Shown here: positions 21,730-33,536 of the stretch, in pieces
How positions within the stretch are numbered: position 1 is the stretch's first letter
Layout: every line of letters begins with the position of its first letter
Assembly: GCA_965178125.1 (NCBI GenBank)
Contig: OZ237748.1
Location: 558,001 to 622,000 of the forward strand
DNA from: Bilabrum cf. latius
Lineage: Eukaryota
Reading direction: 5' to 3'
Length of the DNA stretch: 64,000 bases
Position numbers and translations under genes: made by a program
The notes under the pieces: generated by a model
What the model was told of the DNA's origin: nothing
Seen by the model: the letters and a program-made list of their open reading frames with translations, nothing else
Databases searched by the model: none

Positions 21730-24349
21730 ACAAGAGGGAAAGGACCTAAGCCCGCCCCCCATGGGTCTGGAGATGGGAGTGGGTGGCGGGCCGGGTAGCG
21801 GGAGTGGAGAGCTGCCGTCGTGTGCCCGGGGGTCGCAGCCAGGCGCCAGCGATGCCGATGGTCGCAAGCAGGAGAGCGTCAGGCACAATGGGCGTGCCCG
21901 CCACGATGGAGGCATCGCAGAGTCGGGAAATGAACGTGAGCCGTAGGATGCCACTGGCTGCCGCCGTGGTGCTTCGAGGTGCTGCTGTCGGGGTGCTGGA
22001 GGGCGGTAGCTCGCAGATGTCAGCATTATATGAGCTCACGAGGTACAGAGTGCCTGCCGGCGGTCGGCGGCGGCGATGCAATTTGCCATGATTAGCTTCA
22101 TAGAGTCCATTGTCCCGGCGCGTCGTCGTCTCCCTGAAGCCTAGATCGCTCCCGCGGTCGATTTCAGCAGTGGCAGGGCGGAGGGAGGGCGAGCCGGCCG
22201 CTTGGAGCCCTCCCTCCCCAATCAAAGCAGCAGCGCACGCAGGCAATCGAATCTATTTCTTACTTGATTTTGTTTTAAAGCGCTGTTGCATCTGCGATGG
22301 GAGCTGACTGGAGCGCGGACGCGTTGTGCCTCGAGGCTCGTGGCGTTGGAAGCTGCTGTTGGTCCGCTCACTCGACTCACCGATGCTAGCACGGCTACCC
22401 CGCCATGGAATTGCGTGTTTGATATTCAATCAAGTAAGATTTCGTTGCTCGTGGCATCGATGCTGCGGGGAATGAGCTCACGATTGGAGGTGACAGCGTT
22501 TGCGCGCCACCTCAGTGCTCCTCCAGAGCCGGGCACGACATGGGCCGCCGATCGGCTAGCAGAAATCATGATGTTATAATGCAAATACAACAATCTATTG
22601 GCTTACCGTGGCATTCGAGAGGTGCAATGGATCGGATCGAGTGGAGCGCGAGGGGGATCGGATCAGGGCGCGGCAGGGAGGAGTTTATCCGGGCGCGCGA
22701 ATCCCTAAGGCTTTTTGTTTCGAGTGAGAATCGCCGAGCATACCGTTGCGTTCGGATTCGCTGGCATGGTAGCACAAAGTTACCCGCCGGATTAGCGAGA
22801 TATGTCCCGATCGCAGAGATAAGAGCCGAAACGCGGTAGCCGAACGGACAACTCGGGGTGGCAGGCACTTCCCGCCGCCGCAAGCTCCCCGCGCGATTGC
22901 GGCAGCGGCGCGCCCGCCCATTGAATGTAATCTTACAGCATTCAACTAAGTTCTCCGCTCGGTGCGGGAGCGGGCCCCGGCCCGCAAGCCCCCGATCCCG
23001 GATCCCGCCCCGACTCGTTCTAATATTATTGTTTATGTTACAAGAGGGAAAGGACCTAAGCCCGCCCCCCATGGGTCTGGAGATGGGAGTGGGTGGCGGG
23101 CCGGGTAGCGGGAGTGGAGAGCTGCCGTCGTGTGCCCGGGGGTCGCAGCCAGGCGCCAGCGATGCCGATGGTCGCAAGCAGGAGAGCGTCAGGCACAATG
23201 GGCGTGCCCGCCACGATGGAGGCATCGCAGAGTCGGGAAATGAACGTGAGCCGTAGGATGCCACTGGCTGCCGCCGTGGTGCTTCGAGGTGCTGCTGTCG
23301 GGGTGCTGGAGGGCGGTAGCTCGCAGATGTCAGCATTATATGAGCTCACGAGGTACAGAGTGCCTGCCGGCGGTCGGCGGCGGCGATGCAATTTGCCATG
23401 ATTAGCTTCATAGAGTCCATTGTCCCGGCGCGTCGTCGTCTCCCTGAAGCCTAGATCGCTCCCGCGGTCGATTTCAGCAGTGGCAGGGCGGAGGGAGGGC
23501 GAGCCGGCCGCTTGGAGCCCTCCCTCCCCAATCAAAGCAGCAGCGCACGCAGGCAATCGAATCTATTTCTTACTTGATTTTGTTTTAAAGCGCTGTTGCA
23601 TCTGCGATGGGAGCTGACTGGAGCGCGGACGCGTTGTGCCTCGAGGCTCGTGGCGTTGGAAGCTGCTGTTGGTCCGCTCACTCGACTCACCGATGCTAGC
23701 ACGGCTACCCCGCCATGGAATTGCGTGTTTGATATTCAATCAAGTAAGATTTCGTTGCTCGTGGCATCGATGCTGCGGGGAATGAGCTCACGATTGGAGG
23801 TGACAGCGTTTGCGCGCCACCTCAGTGCTCCTCCAGAGCCGGGCACGACATGGGCCGCCGATCGGCTAGCAGAAATCATGATGTTATAATGCAAATACAA
23901 CAATCTATTGGCTTACCGTGGCATTCGAGAGGTGCAATGGATCGGATCGAGTGGAGCGCGAGGGGGATCGGATCAGGGCGCGGCAGGGAGGAGTTTATCC
24001 GGGCGCGCGAATCCCTAAGGCTTTTTGTTTCGAGTGAGAATCGCCGAGCATACCGTTGCGTTCGGATTCGCTGGCATGGTAGCACAAAGTTACCCGCCGG
24101 ATTAGCGAGATATGTCCCGATCGCAGAGATAAGAGCCGAAACGCGGTAGCCGAACGGACAACTCGGGGTGGCAGGCACTTCCCGCCGCCGCAAGCTCCCC
24201 GCGCGATTGCGGCAGCGGCGCGCCCGCCCATTGAATGTAATCTTACAGCATTCAACTAAGTTCTCCGCTCGGTGCGGGAGCGGGCCCCGGCCCGCAAGCC
24301 CCCGATCCCGGATCCCGCCCCGACTCGTTCTAATATTATTGTTTATGTT
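21730..24349. repeat. Tandem duplication of a 1310-bp inserted unit (21730-23039, 23040-24349)
   Basis: Identical ORF sets are offset by 1310 bp. The unit is inserted in the intergenic motif tagtcagta|atagcaagc, which is uninterrupted at ~13080. Confidence 0.95.
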
Positions 24350-27033
24350 AAACTGTTTATGTTAATAGCAAGCAAGCAAGCAGTGGCCCGAGCTGCCATT
24401 CCAAGGCAAGCCCCAGACCCAGTTCAACTTCAAATCCAACTAACACATCCAACCACCTACCCCGATGAGACTCTCAAGAAGCCTCAGTTCGATCCATGCC
24501 CTCACGTGGGTCGATCGAACTTGGTCTGCCGTAGCAGCGTGCACGTAGCTACCCGTAGGATCCTCCTTCTCACAAGCCTAGATCTAGAGCTCATCCCTAG
24601 GCCTCCTGCAGCAGCTTCACGCAATCGTCGTGCCCACCCAGCCTGGCTGCCTCCAGTGGAAGCACCAGCCTAGAAGTCCCATCATCAAATGTCGTTATCC
24701 CCTTCATCTGCAACCCATCTGCCAGCTTGCCCAGCCTCAGCCTCCTGGCCAGCTCTAAAGGCCGCCCCTCACTCGCCGCCTGGAACACCATCCCAGCGTC
24801 CCTCTTGGCCTCCACTGCCCGCCTCCAGCACATGACTCTTCGAATATTAGAGCGAATGAATAACCGGACGGTGGTAGCGGTCTGTGATGCGCCACTTTTC
24901 TTAGCCTCCTGAGCGGGAGTCTTGCCATACTGCTCAATCAAAGGAAATGATGAAGAGAGGAGAGGTCGCTGTGTCAAAGATGTACGGGGGGTGGATTTGT
25001 GCGTGGGAGTATCCTTCTATTCATCTGGCGGAATGATGGGCATGTGCAAATCAAGAGCTGATGTGATACATCTGTAGAAGCTCACCTTGTTCTTAATGTC
25101 CCTGCGGGCCCCTGCCTCCATGAGGATTGTAACGCAGGCGGTGTAGCCATAGTACGCTGCCAAGTGAAGGGGAGTGTCTCCATTCTTCGGTTGAATCGGA
25201 GGGTACTGAAAGGTCATGGGCTTACATCGAACATTTCACGCATTTGCCCCGCCGATGGATTTTTCAGAGCCTTGTGCGGCAGCTGTCCGGAAGCGAGCCG
25301 ACGACCGAGAGGTAGCGCCAGGTGCACTGCCAAACCAATTCAAACCGCAATTTTAACAAACTGAATTTATCCATACAATACAAAACACGCATACGTCGCT
25401 ATGGATCCATTGCGGCTCCAGACCAGACAGTGCCGATCGATACGGGCTGTTGCCACGGAGTTCAGGCGCTGTGCTGGTACGGGTACCCATAATGCAGAAA
25501 ATGTGTCCAAACCATGATACCATACCATACTTACAGCCCGAGATACGCGTACAAGTTTCCAGCCCCAAACCATCAACACAGCGGGAGCACCGCGAAGCGA
25601 CCTGCCAGCGGGTCTCCAACCCGGGAGCGGGCAATTCCAAGCCGGACAGACACACACACCCTTCCAACATACAAGCGAACACTAATACAAGACTAACCTA
25701 TCCTTCAACAGTTTCCTCTATATCTCACCCTATCCACCGCATTCGCGCCTGCCCCATTTTCAATCAGTATCCGCAGACAATCCATCTTCACCTTCCAGGA
25801 TACCATATGAACGAGTGTATAGCCATTCTACGGTGGGCGATGGAAGAGAAAGGTTGGGGGGAGCAGGGGTTGCGCCTGGGGTTAGTGCGGGTGTGGATGT
25901 GTGTGGTCATGGGGCGAGTGATGGGCGTGCCGGGGGGGCTTTGGTACGAACGGGTGGAAGTCGCCATGGGCCCTAGGGGCGCAGTCCCCAGGTCGATTAC
26001 TGCTTGTGAGACAACATGGCCAAAATCAAAACCCAACCAAGCATACACCAATCTTCCTATCAAATCATTTCATCACGACAGGGACCGATCTCAGCCTCTG
26101 AATCCGACTTTGGGCTAAAGTAGCCGAGGGGCACTATTATGGGATGGTCGGCGGCCGCCTCGCTGGCTGTGGATATCCTGAAAACCAATCATCAGAAATG
26201 AGTACATCAATGCCATACTATGTATTTCAAATACAGATTATCAGTACTTAACCGTTGAACTTCGCCCATCAGAGGCGCAATCCAGGCAATGAGGATTGAG
26301 CTAAATGCTCGTCACACAGGAGTGTCCTGTTCCGCCCCGAGGAGCTGTCATCGATCGACAAACAACTTTGAACATAGCCAGTACACTAAGTCAACCAATA
26401 CGCAGATATTTGCCACCAAAAACCAAGACACGATTCTGGTGCATCCACATCCCACAAGCCACCACTCACTTGTCTTACCAAATAGGGGAGCCAGGTGGGC
26501 CAGCCGGGCGGGGCTGAGCGATGGCAAAACAACCTTGGATAAATGTTAGAAGACGTGCGTAGTCAAACTGTACCAGCATCCAATCTCCCGATCCACAAGT
26601 CAACAAGAACAAACTGCGGCTACTCTTGAGACCTCGTCTGTTGAGGGAAGCACTTGCCACGAGGGCCCGAATCGATCGACGAGGAGCCAGACAGATACTA
26701 TGCTAGCCACTCCAACGCATATAACCAGTATGCTGAGCTCTCAAGCCAAATTGAATATCCCATGTGCCGCCTACAACCTGCCCTGTCAGGCAGGCAGCCT
26801 CTCTCTCTCACGTCTTTGGCAGTGTTCACGTTGGCGCCGCTCTCGATGAGCAGCTTCAGGCTGACCGTATCGCCGTTGCACGCAGCCCAATATGCAGCTG
26901 TCCTACCATGCTGGGATGCACCAAGGAAATACAAAACCGGTGGGATGCAAATGCAAAAAAATTACATTGAAATATAAACAATCCGTGGAACAAGTGTGCA
27001 CAGCCTGACTAGATTCGAGGTGATCAACGTCAC

Positions 27034-27229
27034 GTCTTCCCAGTGCGTACTGCCACAAAATGACAATTATTACTGAGTATACCGGAGCACAGCTGTAGAC
27101 CACAGGTGCCACCGAAATTCCGAACAAGTGAGAGCCTCACATCTGCGCTCGGACTTGCGACCAATACTACACAATCTCTCCGATCTAAATCACTTCGTAA
27201 CGTGCCTCCGTACCTACGGCACACAACGG
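27034..27229 (-). mobile_element. Partial A repeat of the Ngaro-like element in an intron of gene 4
   Basis: Close match to 39284-39478. Confidence 0.85.
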
Positions 27230-28314
27230 ATGGCATCGGTCTAGGACCAACTTGAAGCTAGTACACTATATGAAGCAAGTACACTATATGTACCAATATA
27301 AACACATTTGCCTCCAAAACGAAGACACGATCCAGCCGGAACGGCCTCTGCCGCGCCTAAGGAAGGAGATGAGGGAATGCCTCGCAAGCTGCTGGTCACA
27401 CTGGCGGTTGCAACCTCACGTTGGTAGCCCGGAGCCTGTGTTCGAGTCGCGAACGCATCGCAACATCGACCCCGAACCCCATTCGGCATTAGCATTAGCA
27501 AGCCACCACTCACCTGCCTCACCCAGCACGAGGCCACGAGAGCCAGCCGGGCGGGGCTTAGCGACAGCAATACAACCTTGTTTAAATACTAGAAGACGTG
27601 AATGGCTAAATCATACCAACATACAATCGCAACCAACCACAAAACAACAATAATAAATCGCGCCTTCTTTTAAGCCCTCGTCAGTCACCGGGGAGCACTT
27701 GCTCAGGAGCCCGGCTCGATCGACAAGGAGCTAACTAGATGCCATGTCAGCCACCGTAATCAATACGAACAGGGTATCGACCCCCCAAAATCAAAATTGA
27801 TATCCTGAATATTACCAACAATTCGCCAAGGAGCACCCCTAGTTATGAAGCACTCGTTACAATGCTAGACCTACCCCTTCCTAAGGGGCTCTCTCACGTT
27901 GTCGGCAGCGTTCACGTTGGCGCCCCTCTCGATGAGCAGCTTCAGGCAGTCCGTCTATCTTTCCCGCGCTGCACAATACGCAGCTGTACAACTATCCTGC
28001 GATGCACCACAAAGACCTGAAACGGTGGGTAGATTACCGTGGGTGTCACACCCCGAGGGAAACGAGCAACCTGGTAGCGGGGGAAGGCACCCCGTGCTGG
28101 GGACCCATGCAGGGACAGCTTCATGGAAAGCGGTTGATTCCGCCGACCCATCCAAGTCTCTAGTCTATACAGTCTCGCCTATACCCGAGCAGCTGTCTCG
28201 CCTATCTAGATCTAGCGGGTTGCATCGTGGTGAGGATCCGCTCATTGCGAGGCGCGGAGAGCAAGCTTTACAAGAGGTGCATGTCACTGCCATTTACAGA
28301 AAGCAGCAGTGACA

Positions 28315-28422
28315 CTAAAGGAAATCCATTTTCACGAATAGACCCCCACTCTGGCTCCTGGAAGAATTCTAAAGGAAATCCATTTTCACGAATAGACCCC
28401 CACTCTGGCTCCTGGAAGAATT
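28315..28422. repeat. 54-bp perfect direct duplication
   Basis: ctaaaggaaatccattttcacgaatagacccccactctggctcctggaagaatt occurs twice in tandem. Confidence 0.95.
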
Positions 28423-28605
28423 CATGGCGTACATCAAACAGGTCTGCTTCGCTCCAAAGGTGGCTCGCTATCTCATCAACGGTGAGCCTTGTGACAGCCT
28501 GTACGCAAACCTCCTGCCCTTCACATTAACATCAATTCAAGAAGGGATCCAACAGCTCGACAAGTAGTACTCAATCTCACGCCATCTTTGGATTCGATGT
28601 CCGTT

Positions 28606-29296
28606 GGTGAGGCCAGCAAGGTCTCTGAGATTGAGGTCGCGCGGTGGGCGCAGGACCCGCTCGAGGTGCAGGAGCAGATGCGACGTAGCGATGCGGAGGA
28701 GTGAGAAAGATGCGACGTAGCGATGCGGAGGAGTGAGAGAGAGAGAGAAAGCGGCTAGGGATGCAGACTAGGAGCGGCGGCGACGCGGGGTGGGCGACGG
28801 ATGGAGAGGGGAGTGGTGTGGGTGGAGCAGAAGGAGAGGGCGAGGGATGGGGGGGGGCGGAGCAGAAGGAGAGGGCGAGGGGTGGGGGGGGTCGGGGTGG
28901 GGGCAGAGCAGAGAGAGAGGGCGAGGGATGGGGGAGGGGAGGGGGGATAGAGAGAGAAGGCGATAGATGGGCGGGGGGGGCAAAGCAGGGAGGAGGGGGG
29001 GGGGGGGGGCGGCGGTTCACCAAGTGGGGAGGAAGAAGTGGAGGAGAAGATGAGTGGTGGGGTCATCGGGTTGATACGGCGGATAGGAAGGGGGGAGGCA
29101 CAGGCCGGGCAGGTGGGGCTTTGGGCATGTGGGGGACGAGTGACTCGGATCAGGGGGGATCGGATCACCCGACGACGTGCGGATGTGGAAGTTAAGAGGT
29201 CACAATTAGACTCGAGCGGCAATCAAGCCGCGTGCTATTCGGGCGCTGAGGGGCAGCGCTCGCCAGTTTTCGCTTTCTTAACCTCTTGTGATCTCA
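28606..29296. mobile_element. ~690-bp purine-rich non-coding insertion flanked by duplicated GTT; partial copy at 58916-59283
   Basis: The empty site gatgtccgttcccgaatcc is seen in paralogues. The filled site reads ccgtt|ggtgaggccagc...gatctca|gttcc. The same left end follows ccgtt at 58911. Confidence 0.8.
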
Positions 29297-32218
29297 GTTC
29301 CTGAATCCAGGCAGGCCCTCAGGTCATCCACCTTGCCATATCTGGCTGCTGCTCGAAGTGCGTCTCCCCTGTGATTTTTGATGATTAACCTTAATATTCT
29401 ATGTATCATGTCAAGCAGACTTATGTGGATTGAATCCACGAGGAGATCTCAACACACCATAGGTAGCCTAAAAACAACAGCTACCACGGAGCGGTATCAG
29501 CCTCAACAAGTTGTACCAGTACTAAAATAAAGACACAAACTTTCTTACATTTCAAACTGATATCACAATGAGACTAGTGCCTTCCAAGAGGCGGTAGCAG
29601 CTGCCGACCAAGTGTGAGCGGAACTTATTTTGGCGCCGCGCACGGCCAGCGAGGCGCCCGGGTTCCGGGGGGGGTCTGATATTTTGTGGACTCAACTCAA
29701 AAGCGCACGCTATCACGAAGAAACATCTGGAACGAGGGCCCGGGACCTACCAGACTTCACGCTTCAGCTGCAATGGCCTAAACCACCTAAGCTCCACCCT
29801 GGGGACCCATTTCCCCCTGGGGAGCGTCAGCATTCACGTTCCCTCCGGCGCCCGCTGCCGGCACCCCGTCCTGCTGCCCGTTCTGAGCCAACCCTGCCTT
29901 GACGTTGGCGATCGCCACGGCGAGGTTGTTGTTTTCGGCTGCCCCTACAACCCGGGTTCCAGGACTTTCTTGTACAGTGCTGTTTGTTCGACAAGAAAAT
30001 CTTGATTTCCCATCTTTAGGCGACGGGCGCAGCTGCAAATCGCTTATCTCAGCAATAGAGTGGCCTGAACGATTGATATTAATACTTTATAGCTTCCCAT
30101 GTGCCTGCTTGGTCGAAAATATTATTGATGTCGGAGGTATCCGCCACGCATTGAATTCTGTTTTCGACAGGGCGGTCGTTCTCGGCGAATTTTGCAAGCT
30201 TCAGTGAGAGTATTAAAATGTCACACTGGAAATACATGGATATGAGCAAGTTCAACGTACTAGTTGGGTTTATTGTCAGCTGTACTTGAAATTGGCGTGC
30301 ACTGCCATGGCAGACGTAGCCATGCTGTGCAGCGATTCGCTGAACGTAGACCTAGTCGTCTACGATCTGAAATTTGTTTCCGATGCCAATTATCTATAAT
30401 AGATAGTATCTAGCGATAGTATGGAGGCTCGCTGCTACAGTTTCCCGTCGATTAGGCCCAGCAGCGCGGCAAAAGAACTCGACAGATTGGCGGGACTGAC
30501 ATCCAAGCCTGCGGACAACATCTGGTTTAAATTGAATTAAACTGATACACAGATGGTCAAATGCGAAAGATATTCTGCTTGTCCAGTCTATACATAGCGA
30601 GGCGCAAAGTTTACTGCTGCACTGGCTCACGATAAAACCGAGGGGAGAGGCTCTCCGGTCCAAAGAGACTCGCCTCTGCCTAGCGCATTAACACCAACTA
30701 TGAGTTTATGCGTGTTTACCTTCGTAGCAGCTCCATGAGCGTATCCTACACGCATGAGCATTGCAGCCATTGCAGCCATTGACAGCATCTGCTACACCGA
30801 GGTGTTGCCCCACTCCGGCGGGTCGCCTGTGAGCACCCGGAAGTGCCTGCGGCCTGGAAGGCCTCCGCAGACACGCTTGTCCTTGCACGTGGCACCGTGG
30901 CGAACTGACTAGATCAGTTCGACTACCTTGCCCTGCTTCCGGCACCCCGGGCAGACTCCCCACATGCACCGGGCGTTGCCCCAAGAGGTTGTGGGTGAAA
31001 CATGGTTGCCTTCGGTCTGTGCTAGTGGCTAGTATGCTTGCGTATGCATCCAGTTATTCGGCGTTATATCTTAAAACTGTGGTCTTTAATATTTCCTGGG
31101 AGTATGAGCTGTTTTCTCAATGTGGCATTCGATGAAAATGTCACATGAAAGAGCACCAGTTGATGGGCTGCAGGAGTGGTTTTCATTGATGTGTCGGGCG
31201 GTGTATCGATTTTTGTCATATCCCAGCACACAGTTCTTATCAAAATTACATTTGGTATCCAATTCTGCGCGCAGGGTAACAATAACTGGAAATTGCTTAG
31301 AAAATGGACGATTGGATGATCGGCACAGGTGCACCAGCTTCTATCCGGTCGAGCACCAGCAGATTATCGAATCGAAAGGCAGCGCAAATCGCATATTACA
31401 TAGCGTTAGAATGAACTCATTCAGTTTCCCGCGACTGCCTGCTCTGCAATGATGGAAGCGGACTGGTTCACAGGTATCTGCGATTCTAGGATACTAGGCT
31501 GTCACTATCGTGGCGCTTCCACGATCTGATTAAGGCTATCCTGTCACACAAAGCGAGTATTTCGCCAGAGACTCTTGGCTGAGATGATTCTCAACCTGTT
31601 GACGCATCTATTGGCGCCTCTGAACGCGTTGAGTTTGCCGATTCAGTGTGTCGATTATGCAAAGATTGGAACGCGATGGTAATCATGGGGATGCATGATT
31701 CGGAGGGGTAGAGTACCATAGCTCTGTGAGTCTTTCAGCGCCATCTGTCACGCGATGGGTGGCGCCATCGGCAGGGACACGAGGGTTCTCGTCCCGACCG
31801 ACGTCAACGAGGCAGCAGGAGCGGCCGCTCGGGTACTGGTGGGCGCAATACAGAAGACCGCATTGTCATATCAATCGACAAGATTAAAGTGCTAGGGGCT
31901 TGCATTCCAGGCGGACAGCCGCAGAAGGAGCCGTTCCTCTGCAGCACGTGCGCGACGCCTCTAGTCCTGCAGTTATGCAACGCCTGCAGCACTGGCAAAG
32001 CAGCAGTAAACGCACATGCGTCCAAGCCAATCCGATTCTTGTTTACCAGCATCCACAGGACGATTTCGCAGGGTGCGCCGGGTCAGGCAAATCCCGGGCA
32101 GGCGGGCGTATGTGGCAGCAGCAATGTCCCTCCCGCACGTGCATCGTGTCCTCCTCTGTCCTCTGCGGCAGCCTGCAGGATCCGGCCCAGGCACACATAG
32201 CCCCGACCGCATTGACAG

Positions 32219-32470
32219 TGGCAGGGGCAGGACAGGGCAGGGCATGGGCAGGGGCAGCAGCATGGGCAGGGGCAGCAGCAGGGGCAGGGGCAGCAGCAGG
32301 GGCAGGGGCAGCAGCATGGGCAGGGGCAGCAGCAGGGGCAGGGGCAGCAGCAGGGGCAGGGGCAGCAGCAGGGGCAGGGGCAGCAGCCGGGGCAGGGGCA
32401 GCAGCAGGGGCAGGGGCAGCAGCAGGGGCAGGGGCAGCAGCAGGGGCAGGGGAAGGGGCAGGGGCAAGGG
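32219..32470. repeat. 18-bp G-rich minisatellite (GGGGCAGGGGCAGCAGCA)n
   Basis: About 13 near-perfect units. Confidence 0.9.
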
Positions 32471-33536
32471 CGAGGTGGGGCACCCGATAGGCAATACCAT
32501 AAGAAGCAGCCCCGGCTCTCGTGCACCCCCGCCTGCTGTCCCCGGGCCAGGCACGTAACTTGAAGCGCAAGGCGGTACATCTGCCAGCACCAACAGCAGC
32601 AGCGCCGACGGTGCCGCGGAGGGTCAGGGCTTCCCGGGGTCCGCGGCCAGAATGCGGAATGTAGGAGATTAAGCCCTATGGTCGACGCTGATGACGATGG
32701 GAGCGAGATAAGGGCCGCGGACGATGCGGATGCGTCCGACCCGGGCTTCGGCCCAAGCGATGGGAGAGCAAATATTACGGCTGCTGCCACCCGAAGAACG
32801 AGCAGAAGGCGCATACGTAGGCAATGTTCGAGGACCCTCGATAGCAAGCTCCAAAAGTGCAGTTGGGGGGACTGGACAAGCCATGGCGTGATCCGTCGTG
32901 GTTGCTCACTGCGGTCTAGCGGTCTCATACCTATGCAACGAGGACGTCTGCTTGCTATTAGATACGTATAGTGCGATTTACACATTATATGGGACGAAAT
33001 TGACAGAAATGCAAACAGACGAGGCGCTAGAGCCGATTGTTTGGTTTGCTCGCTGTCATCTGTATTGCCTTATGTAGACTGCTACGCCTTATTTAGGACC
33101 CTTATCAACAAGCAGGTCTCAAAATCCAAGAACTGATATACTTAATATTTGAATGAGCTGAAAAGTCGCCTACCGCGTACACCGCGGTAGGTCTGAACCG
33201 GGCACTGCAGCAAGGTATGCTCAGTGTAGAAATGACATCCTTGGACGACAGATACAAATTACGACCAGTGATCTACCACGTCAACGACTGATTATATCAT
33301 TTTTGATTGCAACTCGGCCATTACAATCTGCGTTTAATTAAAATAGATGCTTCTAGCTGGGATTGAAGATTCGCTCCCAAACTCGATCATTGTTGCGTGC
33401 CAATTGTTAACCGGAATAGCAAAGTCCTGGAACCTAGATCTACGCGGGTACAGCTGGGTCCCCTGTTAAGGTGCGCGTTACTTTGGTGGCAGTCCTCGGA
33501 TTGTCGGAAAAAAAAAAAAAAAAATCTCCTTGGGAA

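Larger units (their letters stand above)
24591..29550 (-). pseudogene. Ankyrin-repeat array gene 4, exon 2 disrupted by an insertion; exons 29549-29550, (29368-29297 + 28602-28581), 27898-27996, 26812-26910, 25729-25827, 25086-25184, 24591-24929
   Basis: Exon types A,A,B,C are intact, but the N-cap exon (MGDALRAAARYGKVDDLRACLDSG/TDIESKDG) is split by a ~690-bp insert lacking GT-AG ends. Confidence 0.8.

Noticed and set aside
29665-31800. Possible gene or element in the foreign block upstream of gene 4
   Set aside because: I found no recognisable domain, terminal repeat or exon pattern by eye, even allowing TAG as sense.
31889-32985. Long Ala/Gly, Leu/Pro or Cys/Pro-rich ORFs and a CxxC...CxxC motif
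   Set aside because: The ORFs are by-products of the 18-bp minisatellite, open in all frames. The putative zinc finger is short and unsupported.
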